Shown here: piece by piece, positions 1 through 13,570 of the stretch
Position numbering within the stretch: position 1 is the stretch's first letter
How the letters are laid out: the number at the start of each line of letters is the position of its first letter
NCBI GenBank assembly: GCA_964016885.1
Contig: OZ024743.1
Location: forward strand, 7,130,001 to 7,194,000
Reading direction: 5' to 3'
Source of the DNA: Eledone cirrhosa
Taxonomy: Eukaryota
DNA: 64,000 bases
Program-made: the position numbers and the translations under genes
Notes under the pieces: generated by a model
Told to the model about the DNA's origin: nothing
Databases searched by the model: none
What the model saw: only the letters and a program-made list of their open reading frames with translations

Positions 1-555
1 TCCAACAAACATAAATGTTTATAACTGATTTAGAGTAAATATTCAATGATATTAAATAAATGGAAACTATATTTATAAAACCATATTTATTTTATTATAT
101 ATATTTCAAGGGCAAACAAGACAACATTGGTACGCTTTCATCAGATAAAATACAAAGTTTGTTTTATAAATAGAGACGTACCCATGAAAAACACCTTATC
201 GGTTGGAAACTCACTGGGTAGTGAATTTTGTTTTTCTGGATTTAATATCATTATATATATATATATAGTAATAATAATAAATTTGAAGACTAAAACCCAA
301 AGTGGGCTCGATAAGGATAAATATATATCAAATATATAAGAACCGTAGAGCAAATATATATATACATATTTATGTTTTGTGGTTCAAAAATCGATAGAAC
401 TGGTCATTCCATTTAGTTAATCATGATATAATAGTAGGAAAAACACTCAACGTTATGTAACTCATTCGTCATTGATGTTGAATCGCCAGGGTCCATTTTC
501 TTTATTCTCTGTGCTTGGCGTAATTCCTTTTATTTATTAACCAATTATGCAATCC

Positions 556-611
556 GCACCTGATGATGTTGCTAGGGTCTTACGTAACCAGGTCATTGAA
601 ATATATAGTGT
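556..611 (+). ncRNA. Hammerhead-ribozyme-like motif (Penelope-type), stem II decayed
   Basis: GCAC-CTGATGA-(31 nt)-GAAA-TATA-TA-GTGT. Confidence 0.45.
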
Positions 612-642
612 TTTTTGCAACAATAAAACTTTAAAAGGATAT

Positions 643-694
<52 letters not shown>

Positions 695-1066
695 TAGAAG
701 TAATTAAATGTCTAATTTTTATTGTTATTGTTAATTTACTATGTTAATTGTATTCACAAAGCTAACAATAAATATTAACAATGTATTACCATATAAAAAC
801 TCTTCATGTGAACAATCCTAATTATGATGTCTGAATAAAGAGACTATTTTATGTTGTTTTTATACTGTATTGTAATAGGCCACATGGCACACAGTAATTG
901 AAAATATTGTATTTTTAATAAATCAATTCACAGTTGTATAAATAACATTACAGATATTGATGGAAATATGAAAGAATAAGAAAAAAGAGGATAAAAACAA
1001 AACCAAGCAACAAACGGGGGGGGGGGGGGGGGGAATTAAGAAAGACATTTCGAGGCCGAAACAAAT

Positions 1067-1322
1067 GAGATCGTGTAGGTGTCACGACAAAAAAACACAC
1101 AGGCCACGCTGTAATGTGGCCGTGTAGGCAACACGGTAAAAACCTCCCAGACCCACACTGTAAATGTGGTTGGTGTTAGGAAGGGCATCCAACTGTAGAA
1201 AACCTGCCAGACAGTCCTATGCGAGCAAGACAATCACTCTTGCCTCAAGTGGGACTACCCTCGTCCAAACCCATGCAAGCGTGGAACACGGACGTTAAAC
1301 GTTGATGATGATGATGATGATG
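1067..1322 (+). mobile_element. SINE family 2 with (GAT)n tail; others near 6030-6240, 30370-30765, 57895-58045, 59890-60068, 62770-62936, tail only at 48193-48241
   Basis: Shared core GTTGGTGTTAGGAAGGGCATCCA.CTGTAGAAA and 3' end CCATGC.AGC.TGGAA..CGGACGT.AA..GATGATGAT. Confidence 0.8.
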
Positions 1323-1329
1323 AGATCTG

Positions 1330-2868
1330 ACTGTACAGGAAAGTAGGAGAAACGGCTATAAATGCCATAAATGTGAGGAAAAAAAGGGACAAAGCAAGGA
1401 CTAAGGCCACGGAAGAAAGGGAGGGAGGATAGGCTCTAAGCCTGGGGCAGGGTGGTGTTTAGTCAGGGTGGTGTTTAGAAGCATTTCTGCAGACAATGGC
1501 CAGTGATACTCGCTGCAACAGCTATCCCACTTCGTAGGGTTCCTTCCTCAGATGGGGTGCAGTCAATCTGATTTTATGGAGTAGCCTGGCAGTATGGGGT
1601 CTGAGGGCACCTGAGATCTCAATGGTGACCGGTGCGAGGAAGAAGCAGCCGGACAAACCCCAGTATTTGCTTGTCTTCCTGTCCTCTGCATTGTGGGCCA
1701 CAGTACTGGGGTTTGTGGCATCCCAGATGATGGATTTACCTCCTTCAAAGGTACTTGCTTTTATTGTGGTTGAGGCCTGCTGGCTCCAATTGTGATGGTA
1801 AGCTAGTTGGATCCAGGCTCCTTCTGAATATGTCGTTGAAAGTGGCATGTTGGAAGAACCAGCCTGTGCTCAGGCAACATGACAGTGGGTGCGACCAAGC
1901 ACATCGACAACAGCCCCACAGCAGCTTGGTGTGACTCACACATGCAGAGGTTGTGACGTTGGGCCAGTATTATGCAAGTGCACTCATCATTAAGAAGGGT
2001 ACTGGTTGATGAGGAGGGCACCAAATTGAGCCACACACTGCTGTTTGCTTGCAAAGCAGATCGGAGGCAGGTGTGGAAGTGTTGGTTCAAGCCAGACTTA
2101 ATCTGCCTGAAGGAAGACCTGCACTTGATGTCATCCAAGTTATGTTGCACATATGTACATGGGGGGAAAGAGAGGCATTCACCTGTCCAGTTGGCCAGAA
2201 CCTGCTCAGGTTCTGTGGCCACATCAGGTTTGGCTGTCTTGCTGAGGACTTCGCTGATGAGTGTGTGACTGGAGGAGATTGAGGAGAGGTCGGCCAGCAG
2301 TGCCAGATCTGAAGCGTATTGGAGGCTGAGGCCACCGAACCTCACTGGGAGTTTCACCTGTTGCCAGCCAGCACTGTCGAAACTGACTTTGCAAATGAGT
2401 TCTGCACAGCATCAGATGGTGGCATTGAGTTCACCAAGGTAATCTGCATGGAGGTGACAAGGTGTACCGTACAGCATGAACAACAATTTTGGAAGGGCAA
2501 AGCAGTTCCTCAATGAGGCATAGCCTCTCTCCCATTCATAACAGGTCTGTGTGTTTGGTCTCCAAGGCACTCTTGTATGGCTTGCAGGAGAATTGGAGAG
2601 CCGAGAATGTAGGCAGTGTTTTTAGGCATTAACTGAGTCCTGAACAAGATGGGACAGATGCTGAGTACGGCATCATGGAATTCAGCCTCTCCGTAGTTAA
2701 CGTTTTTCCACCGCAGACTAGGGTTGATCTCGAGTCCAAGGAGCTTTGGAGCTGGGACGATTAACTATCAGTCCTCAACTATCATCTCAGCTGAGGCACC
2801 CAGGGTCCCGTTGTCTAGGTATCAAACGTTGAAGAGCGACATGACAGAGCAGGTAGCGTCATCAACTA
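1330..2868 (-). mobile_element. Decayed CRE-like non-LTR retrotransposon (RT end + restriction-like endonuclease)
   Basis: Minus-strand motifs YLD(N)GTLG, LPVRFGGLSL, EPAGL, GKSIIWDAT, KY...FFLAPVTIE, LQRVSLAI; many stops and frameshifts. Confidence 0.75.
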
Positions 2869-2959
2869 TATATATATATATAGAAGGGCATCCAGCCATA
2901 GAAATCTTGCTAAACAAAGGGTCGGGAGGATCCTCAGTTGTGTCAAAGATATCACCGAG

Positions 2960-3240
2960 GGTGATAGTAAAAGGCTTAAGTTGTGGAATAGTCAAGCACA
3001 TTCACAGGCATCACCTGATACTTACATAGGATGAGCTTCCAACGATGACAACACTTTGTTGTGAGTGGCCCAGCTTCCCTGTATGTCTTGAATGCTACAG
3101 ACTGAAATACATATTTTACCAATAAACTATGATATTTCAATAATTTATTCCGTTTGGCTATGGATGCAGTAACTCCCATCTCTGCCACAGTGTTAAGGCT
3201 GTCTGAATGTGTGAAAAAGTGCATCCTGTATCTACCTCTG
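2960..3240 (-). mobile_element. CRE-like restriction-endonuclease-domain fragment
   Basis: AKRNKLLKYHSL...YVFQSVAFKT..AGP motif (ORF 2976..3224). Confidence 0.6.
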
Positions 3241-3858
3241 GGTAAAAAAAAAGTCTGTCAAACCCCTTTCCATTGCTCCTGAATAATCTAATTTATTTCA
3301 GAATCCAGAGGATATTAACGCTGGATAGAGCCCATTGTACAATTAGGTTCAACTTGGTGTTGCAAACAAAGTAACCTGACAATCCATAAAGACCTGGCCC
3401 CTAGAATCAAATGGGTTGCTACATTGAATTCTGGGAGAGCTAGCCGCTGAGTTCAATCTGAAGTTGCATGTATTCTTTTTTCTGAAACTGCAGGAGTGCT
3501 GAATGAAATATTCCTAGAGAGGGACTATATTGATGAACTGTTGCTAGACATTGCATTTCTATCGGAATTGCTGAAAGAGAAGCTTGGTAAGTGGAATGTT
3601 AAACACTTCTTCAGAACTGCATATAGGCCGAGCAGGAATGAGATAGAGGAGAGAATTATCTCATAATGACAACCATGGCAGGGAGGAGGCATATCTCCTC
3701 AACTGAAGCAAAGTTTTGGTGCAACATGTCCCCCAGGTTAGATCAGGCTAAAGATTAGATGCCATAAAGAATGGTATTAAGATACAAATGGAGACATCTA
3801 AGCATGGTACCACAGAAACTTAAAGAAAGAGAAGATTGTACATCTGTTGAGGTTGGGG

Positions 3859-5220
3859 ATAATAATAATAATGATAATAATAATAATGAAATTATTGTGT
3901 AAAGTGCTCAGGTGCACTACAACTCGTCAAAGGTGCATGTATAGTACATAGAATAATACACAAATGTCAGGGAAGTGAATAGTGTATGAGTCATGATTTA
4001 CATGTGTGTATGTGTATGGAGGGGGAACATTAGGTGTAGTGTTGGCGAATCTCGGGAAGCATGGAGGCCTTTAAGGATGCAGTGTCTCCACAGCTAACAA
4101 CCGATGCAGGTAGTTTGTTCCATGCTTCAGCAACTCTGAGCGTGAAAAAATGTTTCCGAAAGTCATGGGAACTGTGCTGTTTTCTGACTTTGTGGGCATG
4201 CCCACGTGTGTTAGACACATGGAAATCAAAAAGGTACTCAGGGTTGTTGTTGGCAACATGGTTAACAATTTTGTGGGTGTTTACCAAGTCAGTTGCCAGG
4301 CGTCGGAGCTTCAATGTATCCATGCCCAGGGAAGCAAGGGGCTCAGAGTATGGTAGATGCCTGATGGAGGGTATTCGCTTGGTTGCACGTCTCTGAACAG
4401 TTTCCAGGCAGTCAATGTTCTGAGCAAGATAGGGGTTCCAGACTGGTGATGAAAATTCTAAGTGTGGCCGCACCATAGCCATGTACAGCCTTAAATAGAT
4501 AGCTGGAGAGCGGTTGACAAAGGTCTTGCTGAGTGATGCTAAGACACCCTCGGCCCTCTTGACAATTTTAGAGACGTCTTTCGTCCAACGCAAATCGCTG
4601 CTGACCGTAATGCCCAGGTCATGTTCACAAGAGGACTTCTTGATATTAGTGCTGTGGAGGGAGTATGTGGACGCTGAGTTTTTACTCCCAAAATGCATGG
4701 TGGTGCACTTGTCCACAGCTAGCTTGAGTTGCCAGTCTGAGATCCATTGTTGCATTGTATCCAGGTCAGACTGCAAGCAAGATCTATAGTGTTCAGGATC
4801 TGTCCTTTTTATCTCAAGGTACAGCTTGATGTCGTCTGCGTACTTTAGTACTGCCGCATTCCTTAAGTTGGCATCTATGTCATTAATATATGCCACAAAC
4901 AAAAGGGGGCCAAGATAAGATCCCTGTGGTACACCAGATGACATCTCATATGGTGAGCAATGCTGTCCTAGAACCGCGACTACCTCTCTTCGACTGAGAA
5001 TGAAGGACTTCAACCAGTTAAAAAGATCATCCTTCACACCCATTGCAGAGAGTTTTGCCATAAGCCTTTTGTGTGGCACAGAATTGAAAGGTTTCGCAAA
5101 GTCAAGGTAAACAACATCCACCCATGAGCTGCCATCAGTGATCCGGGTGATGTCTTCAAGAAACTCGATAAGTTGATCACAGCAGCTGGAGTTGGGGATA
5201 AATCCAAAATATGAGGTCTG
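3859..5220 (-). mobile_element. CR1-type LINE, 5'-truncated copy (RT C-terminal half, 3' UTR, (ATT)n tail)
   Basis: ORF 4030..5241 closely matches ORF2 at 35228 (YLDFAK, YADD). Confidence 0.93.
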
Positions 5221-5496
5221 AGTGCAGTCACACCAATACATGTAGCATATATTAGTGGTGGAGAGGAATAGTGTCAGATATGAATTTACAAGACAATGTT
5301 TCAGTAGGTGGAATGCAGATTCCAGTACATACTAAATTATTACTACCACCAGCATCGAAAATAGAATCTTTGGATTCTGTTGACACATTTCTGACAACAA
5401 CAATGATAATTCTCTTATCACACCTTTAACTTTATGGTAGAAAAATAGTAATGTTTAAAAGGTCAAAATTAACATACAAAGAAGTCGTTATAATTA

Positions 5497-5803
5497 ATGG
5501 TGATGGTGGTGGTGGTGGTGGTGGTGGTGGTGGTGATGATGATGGTGGTGGTGATGATGGTGGTGATGCTGCTGCTGATGATGATTGTGTCGATTATGAT
5601 GGTGTTGATGATGATGATGGTGGTGGTGGTGGTGGTGATGATGGTGGTGGTGGTCATGATGGTGGTGGTGGTGGTGATGGTGGTGGTGGTGATGGTGGTG
5701 GTGGTGATGGTGGTGGTGATGATGATGGTGGTGGTGATGATGATGGTGGTGGTGGTGATGATGATGATGATCATCATCATCATCATGATGATGATAGTGA
5801 TGA
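5497..5803. repeat. Compound (GGT)n/(GAT)n/(CAT)n microsatellite
   Basis: Direct inspection. Confidence 0.97.
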
Positions 5804-6443
5804 TACATACAAAATCCAAGACAAATTAGCAATGCAAACAATACCAGCCTTCAAATCACTCTTTTATGATCCAAACAAAATTAAGATACATTAGCAAAAT
5901 TGCCCATTATATTGTCCACACAGGTAGACATGATGTTGTGAATATTGCTGCTCTTTAAGCACATTATACATGACATATTTGAAGCTGTTAGCCACCTCTC
6001 TATTGTTGGTACCACAAAAAATATACCCAGTACACACTGCAAGTTGCTTGGTGATAGGGAGAGCAGCTTGCTGTAGAAACCATGCTAAAAAAAAGTGCCG
6101 AAAGGGCTCTTCAGTTGTGCCACCGACTTGACAACCTCCCTAGTGTTGGTGATTTACACAATAAACACACTCAATACATTCTGTAAAGTGGCTGGTGCTA
6201 AGAAGGGTATTTAGCTGCAGAAAATCTGCTAAATGAATTGAGAGAACTCTTCAGCTCTGTCAAAGACATGGCCACTTTCCTGGTGCTGGTCCCATGATAC
6301 ACTTGGTAAAGTGTAGAAAGATATGTTGGTGAGATGTAGTCTTCTGAGTGGTCTGAGGCCAGTCTGTGATCACCTAGTCTGTGACGACCCAACTATTGTT
6401 AATAGGGAAAATGAATATTAAATGATGGTGATGATGAATATTA

Positions 6444-7596
6444 CAGGGTTGCTCAGTTCTTTGAGGATTTTTGCATGAATTTAGTAAAAGATGCATAAGC
6501 CATAAAAGAAGATATTTGAGAAAATATGGCATGGAGATTCTGGTTGACACATATACTCAATGAATATGTGATTAGCATTGATGACTGCTTCAATAGTTAT
6601 GGGAGTCTTCAGGAATTTTATAGTGTTATGGAGGTGCTGATTGACTTCCTTCTCGATTGTGCCCCATACATAGTAGCCTAATGGATTCAGGTCTGGAGAG
6701 CTAGGAGGCCATATGTTTGGGGTGATGTGATCATGGAAACTGTAACTATTCCATTCTTCGGTGTTGGGTCATCTTGGCTTTGTGAGACAGCACAAAGTTT
6801 TGTTGGTAGGTGCTCTCTATCCCAGGCCCAATAACCCTCTCCAACACCTCCTTATAGTTAGCAGCATTAATGCTTAAGTCCTAAGGAAAGAAGTGAGGAG
6901 GCATAACATCTTCCTTAATGCTCTCAACTCCTAGAACCGTCACAATTATTGGAAACTTTGAGTACATGATCATTAGAAAATCTTTAGGGTCTCTGCATTA
7001 ACATCTGTCATTCCTTCAGTCGATCTTTTGGTCGTAATTAATGTTTTTCTCATCAGAGAAAAACCAAAGCATTCCAGGCTACTGATGTTTCTAATTGCTC
7101 AACAAGTGTTTTGTGTGGATCAGATGGTTAGCCTTTTGTCTTTGAAGACATGATTTGGCTTCTTGTATCGAAAGTCCTCATGAACAAGTCTTCGGATAAT
7201 GTGCTTTGAAACTTTGAGCTCCTTAGCAATTGTGCTAATTGACTTTCAGTGGTACTTGCCGCTAATTTTCTGGACTTTTCATGCACATTTGGGTGTTCTG
7301 GTGGTATTAGAACACTTAGCAAGTATTTTACATTTGGCTACTTCTGTAGAATCCCTGTCAGTGGCTTCCAGCTCTTTGCAAACTTTGATAACAAACGACC
7401 ATGTAACTTCCAGGAAGCGAGAAATCTCTAAATTACTATACTCTGCTTTTAAGGCAATGGTTAGAGCATGCCTTTTCATTTTCTAAGCCAGCCTGATGCC
7501 TGTAATCATTTATCTGAAAAGAAATGAAAATCAGAACAAGTTAGAGAAATGTTACAGCTATTATAAGATGTGTCCTAAATAAACTGATCAACACTG
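6444..7596 (-). mobile_element. Decayed Tc1/mariner (maT/DD37D-like) DNA transposon
   Basis: N-terminal HTH-like ORF 7279..7479, FFSDEK and WPPSSPDLNPL.YYVWG on the minus strand; degenerate ~24-bp TIRs CAGGGTTGCTCAGTT / CAGTGTTGATCAGTT. Confidence 0.8.
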
Positions 7597-9049
7597 ATGA
7601 TTTCAGTTTTACATAACATTCTTTCAAATGTTTATTTTATTTTATTATTTTTACTCAGCACAGCAGCCCATTGAACATAGCTCATATGGCCAGTCTACCT
7701 CTGTTACAAGAGTATGATATAGAGGAAAACAGCTTTTATTAAAAAGAAAATGAATAGTTAATTTGTTTTCAGTATCATATTGATGGTTTTTCTAAATTTA
7801 AAACACTAATCCAATGCCAACACTTATGTATGTATATATGACCCCGTAACTCTTGATGGAATTGTATGGGTGCTGTAGTGACATGCAATATGTCTTGAAC
7901 ATTTTAAACCTTGTAGAGCCCATCTCCTCCCCAGGTCTGAACATAGTTGATTCTTCCAGAGAAGGAGAGATAAAGAATGATAGAGAGGAAATGGGAATGA
8001 GATATAAAGAAAGAATTGACCCAGTCCTAGATTGAAATCTTTTTATTGACTTCAAAAGGGTGAAAGGCAAAGTTGACCTCAACAAGATTTATACTCAGAG
8101 CGCAAAGAACCAGAACGAATACTGCTAAGCTTTCTATCTGACGTTCTAACAACTCTGGAAATATATATAGAGGTCTTCAAATTCCTTATATGAAAGTAAA
8201 TGGAATAAAGAGATCATTCCTCTCACAGAAATTTCCCAAAAGATGGATAAAAGATGATATTTTATGATGGATAAATGGAGCAGAAGGCCTTAAATATAAC
8301 TTATATGTGGAACAGGGAGTGGTAATTCAGAACAACAGAACTAAAATGCCATTTATATGTGGAATAGGGAGTAGGTATCCAGAGCAGGAGCTTAGTTATC
8401 TACACCAAGAGTAACCATTTTCCAACATATGAGATATATTTTATTCAGTCTTACTTCTTTGTAGAATTTTGAGTTCACCATATTATGAATTGGTTTTGGA
8501 AATTTTGTTATATTGTTTACTGTTTAAGCACAGCTTCATGTAACCTATATTAACCTTGATTGTAAATCCTATTTCCCATTTTCAATGACATTGTATCTAA
8601 TATAGAAATCAGCACAATTAAAGTAAAGATGGTAAGAAACTATATTTGATTGTCAGGGCAAATTGCCATGCTGGAATAATTTACTATTTTAAGCTTTTTT
8701 CAACAGATATACTTTCTTTTCTAACTTCTGTACATATAAATACATTTAAAGCTTGGGATGTGAAAACTGTATACTAAGGATATATAAGTGAAATGTTTAT
8801 TTATACAAACATCTCTGAAAGTGTTAGCCATTTCAAAAATCAAGGTACTTAAAGCTTATGTAAACAGCTCATTAAATCAAAATTGGGCTGGTGAAGTGTT
8901 TTTCTTTTCTTCTGAAAAGCTTTCAAATCAAGATAAGAGCTAATATACTTAGATTGAGTCATGACGCTACAATCTTATCCTGGACTTTGGACACCTATTT
9001 CATTATATAAAATAATTGATAAAAATCAATGAGTACAGGTGAAATTGCA

Positions 9050-9252
9050 TTAACCCTTTTACATTACTCTATATTTACTATTATATTTTCATGATAAAGG
9101 CTTTACCTCACATTATATCGAATCCATGAGATTTTGATATTATTTATTTTGAGAACCATACCTTGATATCAGTATGAGGGGCCAGTTGTAGCTAGTTTGA
9201 ACAGAAAGAGAATTCTGGCTGGATTCGGTTGGTTTAAATGCTAAAGGGTTAA
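9050..9252. mobile_element. ~200-bp TTAA-flanked (piggyBac-like) MITE, representative copy; others near 16584-16924 (with a nested MITE), 23010-23236, 25140-26036, 26390-26590, 27115-27321, 27876-28089, 43479-43676, 57553-57780
   Basis: TTAA-CCCTTTAGCATT ... AATGCTAAAGGG-TTAA termini and shared internal sequence among copies. Confidence 0.85.
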
Positions 9253-10334
9253 TATGAATAGTTACTCAAACTTTCAAAAAGTTAATATAAAGAATGACTT
9301 GCTCATGCGCAGAGATGCTATAAAATAGGGTGAAGACACTGTTATGAGGAATGGAACCTGTATCTCCCTGATACCAACTAAGTGCTTTAGACTATTAAAC
9401 CAAAGGACCCTGACAACTCTTACCAGCATAAATTAGATAGCTGAATCACAGCTTTTGTATGACAACAAACATCATAGTAAAATAATGTGTATATGTAGCC
9501 AATCTCTTCGACTTTTACAAAGCACTGAGAAGATAAAGTTAATATAAAGAATGATGAGCTCATGCATGGAGATGTATTAAAATAGCTTATAAAATAGGGT
9601 GAAGACCCTTTTTTAAAGACAATCCAGACATTATTCTAGCTTTGAAGTATTCTGTTATTGAAGTACTAGAGTGTTACCTGTTATATGACAGGTGCCATTG
9701 AAGGTAATATGGAGAAATGTTCAATAAGTGAAATAATTATAATTATAATTTTTTCAAATGGTGCTTATAAAAAATAATGAAATAAATGAATAAACGTTTC
9801 TGATTTAGGCACAAGGCTATTAAATTTTGGGGAGAGGAAAGTCGATAAAATCGACCCCAGTGTATGACTGGTACTTTATTTTATCGACCCCTGTAAGGAT
9901 GAAAGGCAAAGCTAACCTCGGCGAGATTTGAACTCAGAATGTAAAGAGCCGTAACTGTATGCTGCGAAACAGGGTGTCCAACGCTCTACTGATTCTGCCA
10001 ATCCACCTCCTAATAATAATTGTTTCTACTTTTGGCACAAGGCCAGCAATTACCCCAGTGCATTACTGGTACTTTATTTTATCGACCCCGTAAGGACGAA
10101 AGGCAAAGTTAACCTCGGTGGGATTTGAACTCAAACCATAAAGGGCCATAACTCTTTGCTGCCTATACTGCCGACTAATGAAACTAATTAAAAATAGTTA
10201 TTAACGTCGAATAAGATAAAATAAAACAAATAAATAATATTATTATTCACTATAGCTGTATTGGACTGAACCTATTTGTAACATTGCCCATACAGTGATT
10301 TAAGATAAAAGAAAAGAAATTGAAAGATGGAATA

Positions 10335-10632
10335 CAGTGGAACCTCGGTGTACGATTACCTCTTATCACAAACAAATCGGTTCACGAACAATTTTTCTGA
10401 ACATAAAACGTCTCAGTTGATGAACGGTGTCTTCAGTAATTAACACACAAGCTGGGAGTATCGACGGGAAAGCGTCACTTGCTGTATAGTTAGTTACTAT
10501 GGTGATGTCTATCTGTCTTACAGTCCCTCTCTCTCAACATTTCGTAATGAAAATATAATTTTAGTTTATGAACATTTCGGATGACAAACAGCCTTCAGGA
10601 ATGAATTAAGTTCATGAACCAAGGCTCCACTG
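10335..10632. mobile_element. pogo/Tigger-type MITE
   Basis: TA|CAGTGGAACCTCGG ... CCAAGGCTCCACTG|TA. Confidence 0.85.
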
Positions 10633-11129
10633 TATTTCTCTATATGAATATTCTAGGAATATGTTACTTCATATACACACTATAAGTATTCACTCTTCAT
10701 TCATAAACGCCTATATATGTGTGCATAATATTTTTAGAATTCCAAAAATGATGGACAGACAGATTACATGTTGGAAGTTATACTAATAAATTTCTATAAG
10801 AGATGCTGTATATGACTTGGCAAATATCTATGTGACCATCTTTGTTCTTGCTTAAAGTTTAACCCATTTTCTCACAGAATTATTATCATTATAATGCACT
10901 GGGTAATTGCTGGCCTTGTGCCTAAAGTAGAAACAATTATTATGGACGCCAAATCCCGTCGACGTTAACTTTGCCTTTCATCCTTATGGGGTCGATAAAA
11001 TAAAGTACCAGTAATGTACTGGGATAATTGCTGGTCTTGTGCCATAAGTAGAAACAATTATTATTATTATTATTTTGCTGGTATCTTATTTACAGACGTA
11101 TTTATACAAAGCAATATTGAACTGATGAA

Positions 11130-11470
11130 TAGAAGGAAAAGATAAGATATAAAATGAAAGAAGAAATTAAACAATGAAAGGAAGAGAAGAGTGTGAGGAA
11201 GCAACAGACTACACCCTAGTCTAAGCAGTATCTCTCAGCTGTGTTCTGCAGACAAAACGGTGAAGGCATTATACCACAGAGAATGGCCAGCGACACTCAC
11301 TGCCACAGCCACTCCACGTCATGAGCCTCCTTTCTTAAGCGAGTTGCTGTTTTTCCGATTTTGTGAAGGAAAATTGCAGTTTGGAGACCCAGGACACTTG
11401 AAGTTTCAACAGCAACCAGCGTGAAAAGGAAGCGGTCTGTCAAACTCCAGTATCTGTTTTGAGAATGTTC
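11130..11470 (-). mobile_element. CRE-like 3' fragment
   Basis: RYWSLTDRFLFTLVAVETS...LRKEAHDVEWLWQ.VSLAI, homologous to the 3' end of the 1330 element. Confidence 0.65.
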
Positions 11471-12769
11471 TACCTGTCAAGTAATCTTTTTCTCAGACTT
11501 ATATGTAATTTATTCATTGTTAGTATATTAATTAGTCAGAAGTGGAAAGCAGCATTCATAACTCTTGTAGGCTCTCCAAGACTGGTGAGATTGATGCAGT
11601 TGATCTTTAGTTTTAGGGATCAATCTGGATTGTCATTATCATCATCATCATTTTTAAGGCTATTTTTCAAAGCTTACATGGGTTAAACAAGTTCTCCCCA
11701 GTACAACTTCCTTCCACTTATCACTTTCCTTAGTAGGGTCTAATATCTTGAGATGAGATTTCACAACTTCTGCACATGAATTTCTTAGACTTTCTCATTC
11801 ATGGCTTCCTTCCACTTGTAACTTCTGGCACTTCTTCATTCTATGATTATCAGCCATACACATCATGTCTTTAGCAGTGGTTGATATGCATTTTGGTTTG
11901 TGGTTGCCTGGTTGATTTGTCTGTTCATTTGTAGTGGTAGTAGTCATGATGAAATGTGAAGTTATGTATTTGAGATCGTGTTCTTTTAGTCATTACCCAA
12001 AATTCATGACCATAGGTAAGGGTTGGCATGAATACTGAATTGAAGATAGCGATTTGACCTTTACGCCTACCTCCCTACTGATTATTGAATGCAGAAGCTG
12101 GCTATGTACTACATTCTTCCCAAGTAAAAAGCTAGTATTCACAACAAACTGTCAGCTGCTAGGTGGAAACCAGTAATAGATAAACTGTCCTGAAAAGGAG
12201 TTGGCAGTTCCCCTACAAAAGGTAGTCCCTCCCTGATATCTCCATACAGACTGTCTTCATTGATATATCTCTGTGTTTGTGTTTAAAGTTATTTTATTAA
12301 TAAATATTTGTCAAATAACTAAGTACCAAAACGAATTAAGAACTGAGACCTCTGTGATCAACAAACCCTTTTGAGATGCTGCTCCAGCATGGACATGGTT
12401 TGATTGCTTATATATATATATATCCCTGTTATGCCTGCTTTGATAAATGATTAGTCCTTACATTAACCCTTTTGATGCCAATCCACCTCAGGTTCTAAAA
12501 TATAAAATCTCTTGTTTTAAAGTGTTCATATTTGAATTAAATCTTCCAACAGAATTTTATGAAAGAACAGTGAAACATATAGGCAGTGTATTTTATTTAA
12601 AATATGATCACAGAAGGGTTAATTACAAAATGAATCTTTTCTAATTAGGAAGTCCAGTTCTATCACAATAATTAGCAACAAGTGTGCATTCATATAATCT
12701 CAAATTTTACCCTCTTAAAGTGGTTAATACTGACGATGTGAGTTTTGTAATTTTCAGTCAAATCACCTA

Positions 12770-13040
12770 TAGAGAAACATTTTTTCACATTCAGTTGAAG
12801 CATACAACAAACTATCTTCATCGGTTGTTAGCTGTTGGGACACTGCATCTTTCAAAACTTCCCGAAATTCACCAACACATCTGATATTCCCCTCCATGCA
12901 CACACGTGTGTGTCTGTGTGTATATCATGACTCATACACTGTTCACTTTCCTGACATTTGTACATTATTCTATGTACTTTACATGCACCTTTGATGAGTT
13001 GTAGTGCACCTTAACACTGTACACAATTATTTTCATTATT
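12770..13040 (+). mobile_element. Degraded CR1-type LINE 3' fragment
   Basis: Matches the HFFTLRV...LPEIRQH region and the 3' UTR. Confidence 0.8.
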
Positions 13041-13149
13041 AATCTTGTTTGATTAATATGTAATCAAATGACTGGTCAGTTTCCTGAAGTTTGTATTGCA
13101 GATGGTTAGGGCATTTGTATCACAGAATACTAGTAGCCTTGATCACTTG

Positions 13150-13570
13150 AGTCATACCTACAGCTACCATGTATGCTAGTGTAACCATCCTGGTGCTCCC
13201 CAACATGTCCATTAAAGTCACCATCCATGATAAACATGTCACTTGTTAATGTGATGGTTCACAAGAATTCCTCAGAGAATTGGTCCCTTTGTCGGTCTTG
13301 ATTGTAGTTCATAGGCCGAGATCACAGATGCTGTTATATTACCTAAGACTAATTGAAGCTTGATAATTCTGTTGAATACCTTGACTACTTCAGTTACTTT
13401 GTCTATCCAATTTTCAGATAACAGTATGCCTACACAGTTTATCCAACCAATCATTGTTACCTCCTCAACAAAGCTTATACCTGAGGAGTCTGGGTGAAGT
13501 TCCCCTCCTTGCACATATACTTGTTTCCACAACTTCATCAAAGCTACCTTTTGTTGTGCAAGGTTACACA
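13150..13570 (-). mobile_element. RTE-like LINE endonuclease fragment
   Basis: VGILLSENWIDKVTEVVKVFNRIIKLQLVLG...VISAY in ORF 13272..13646. Confidence 0.65.

Noticed and set aside
5451-5894. Poly-Gly/Asp, poly-His, poly-Thr and poly-Val ORFs
   Set aside because: Translations of a trinucleotide microsatellite; no supporting gene structure.
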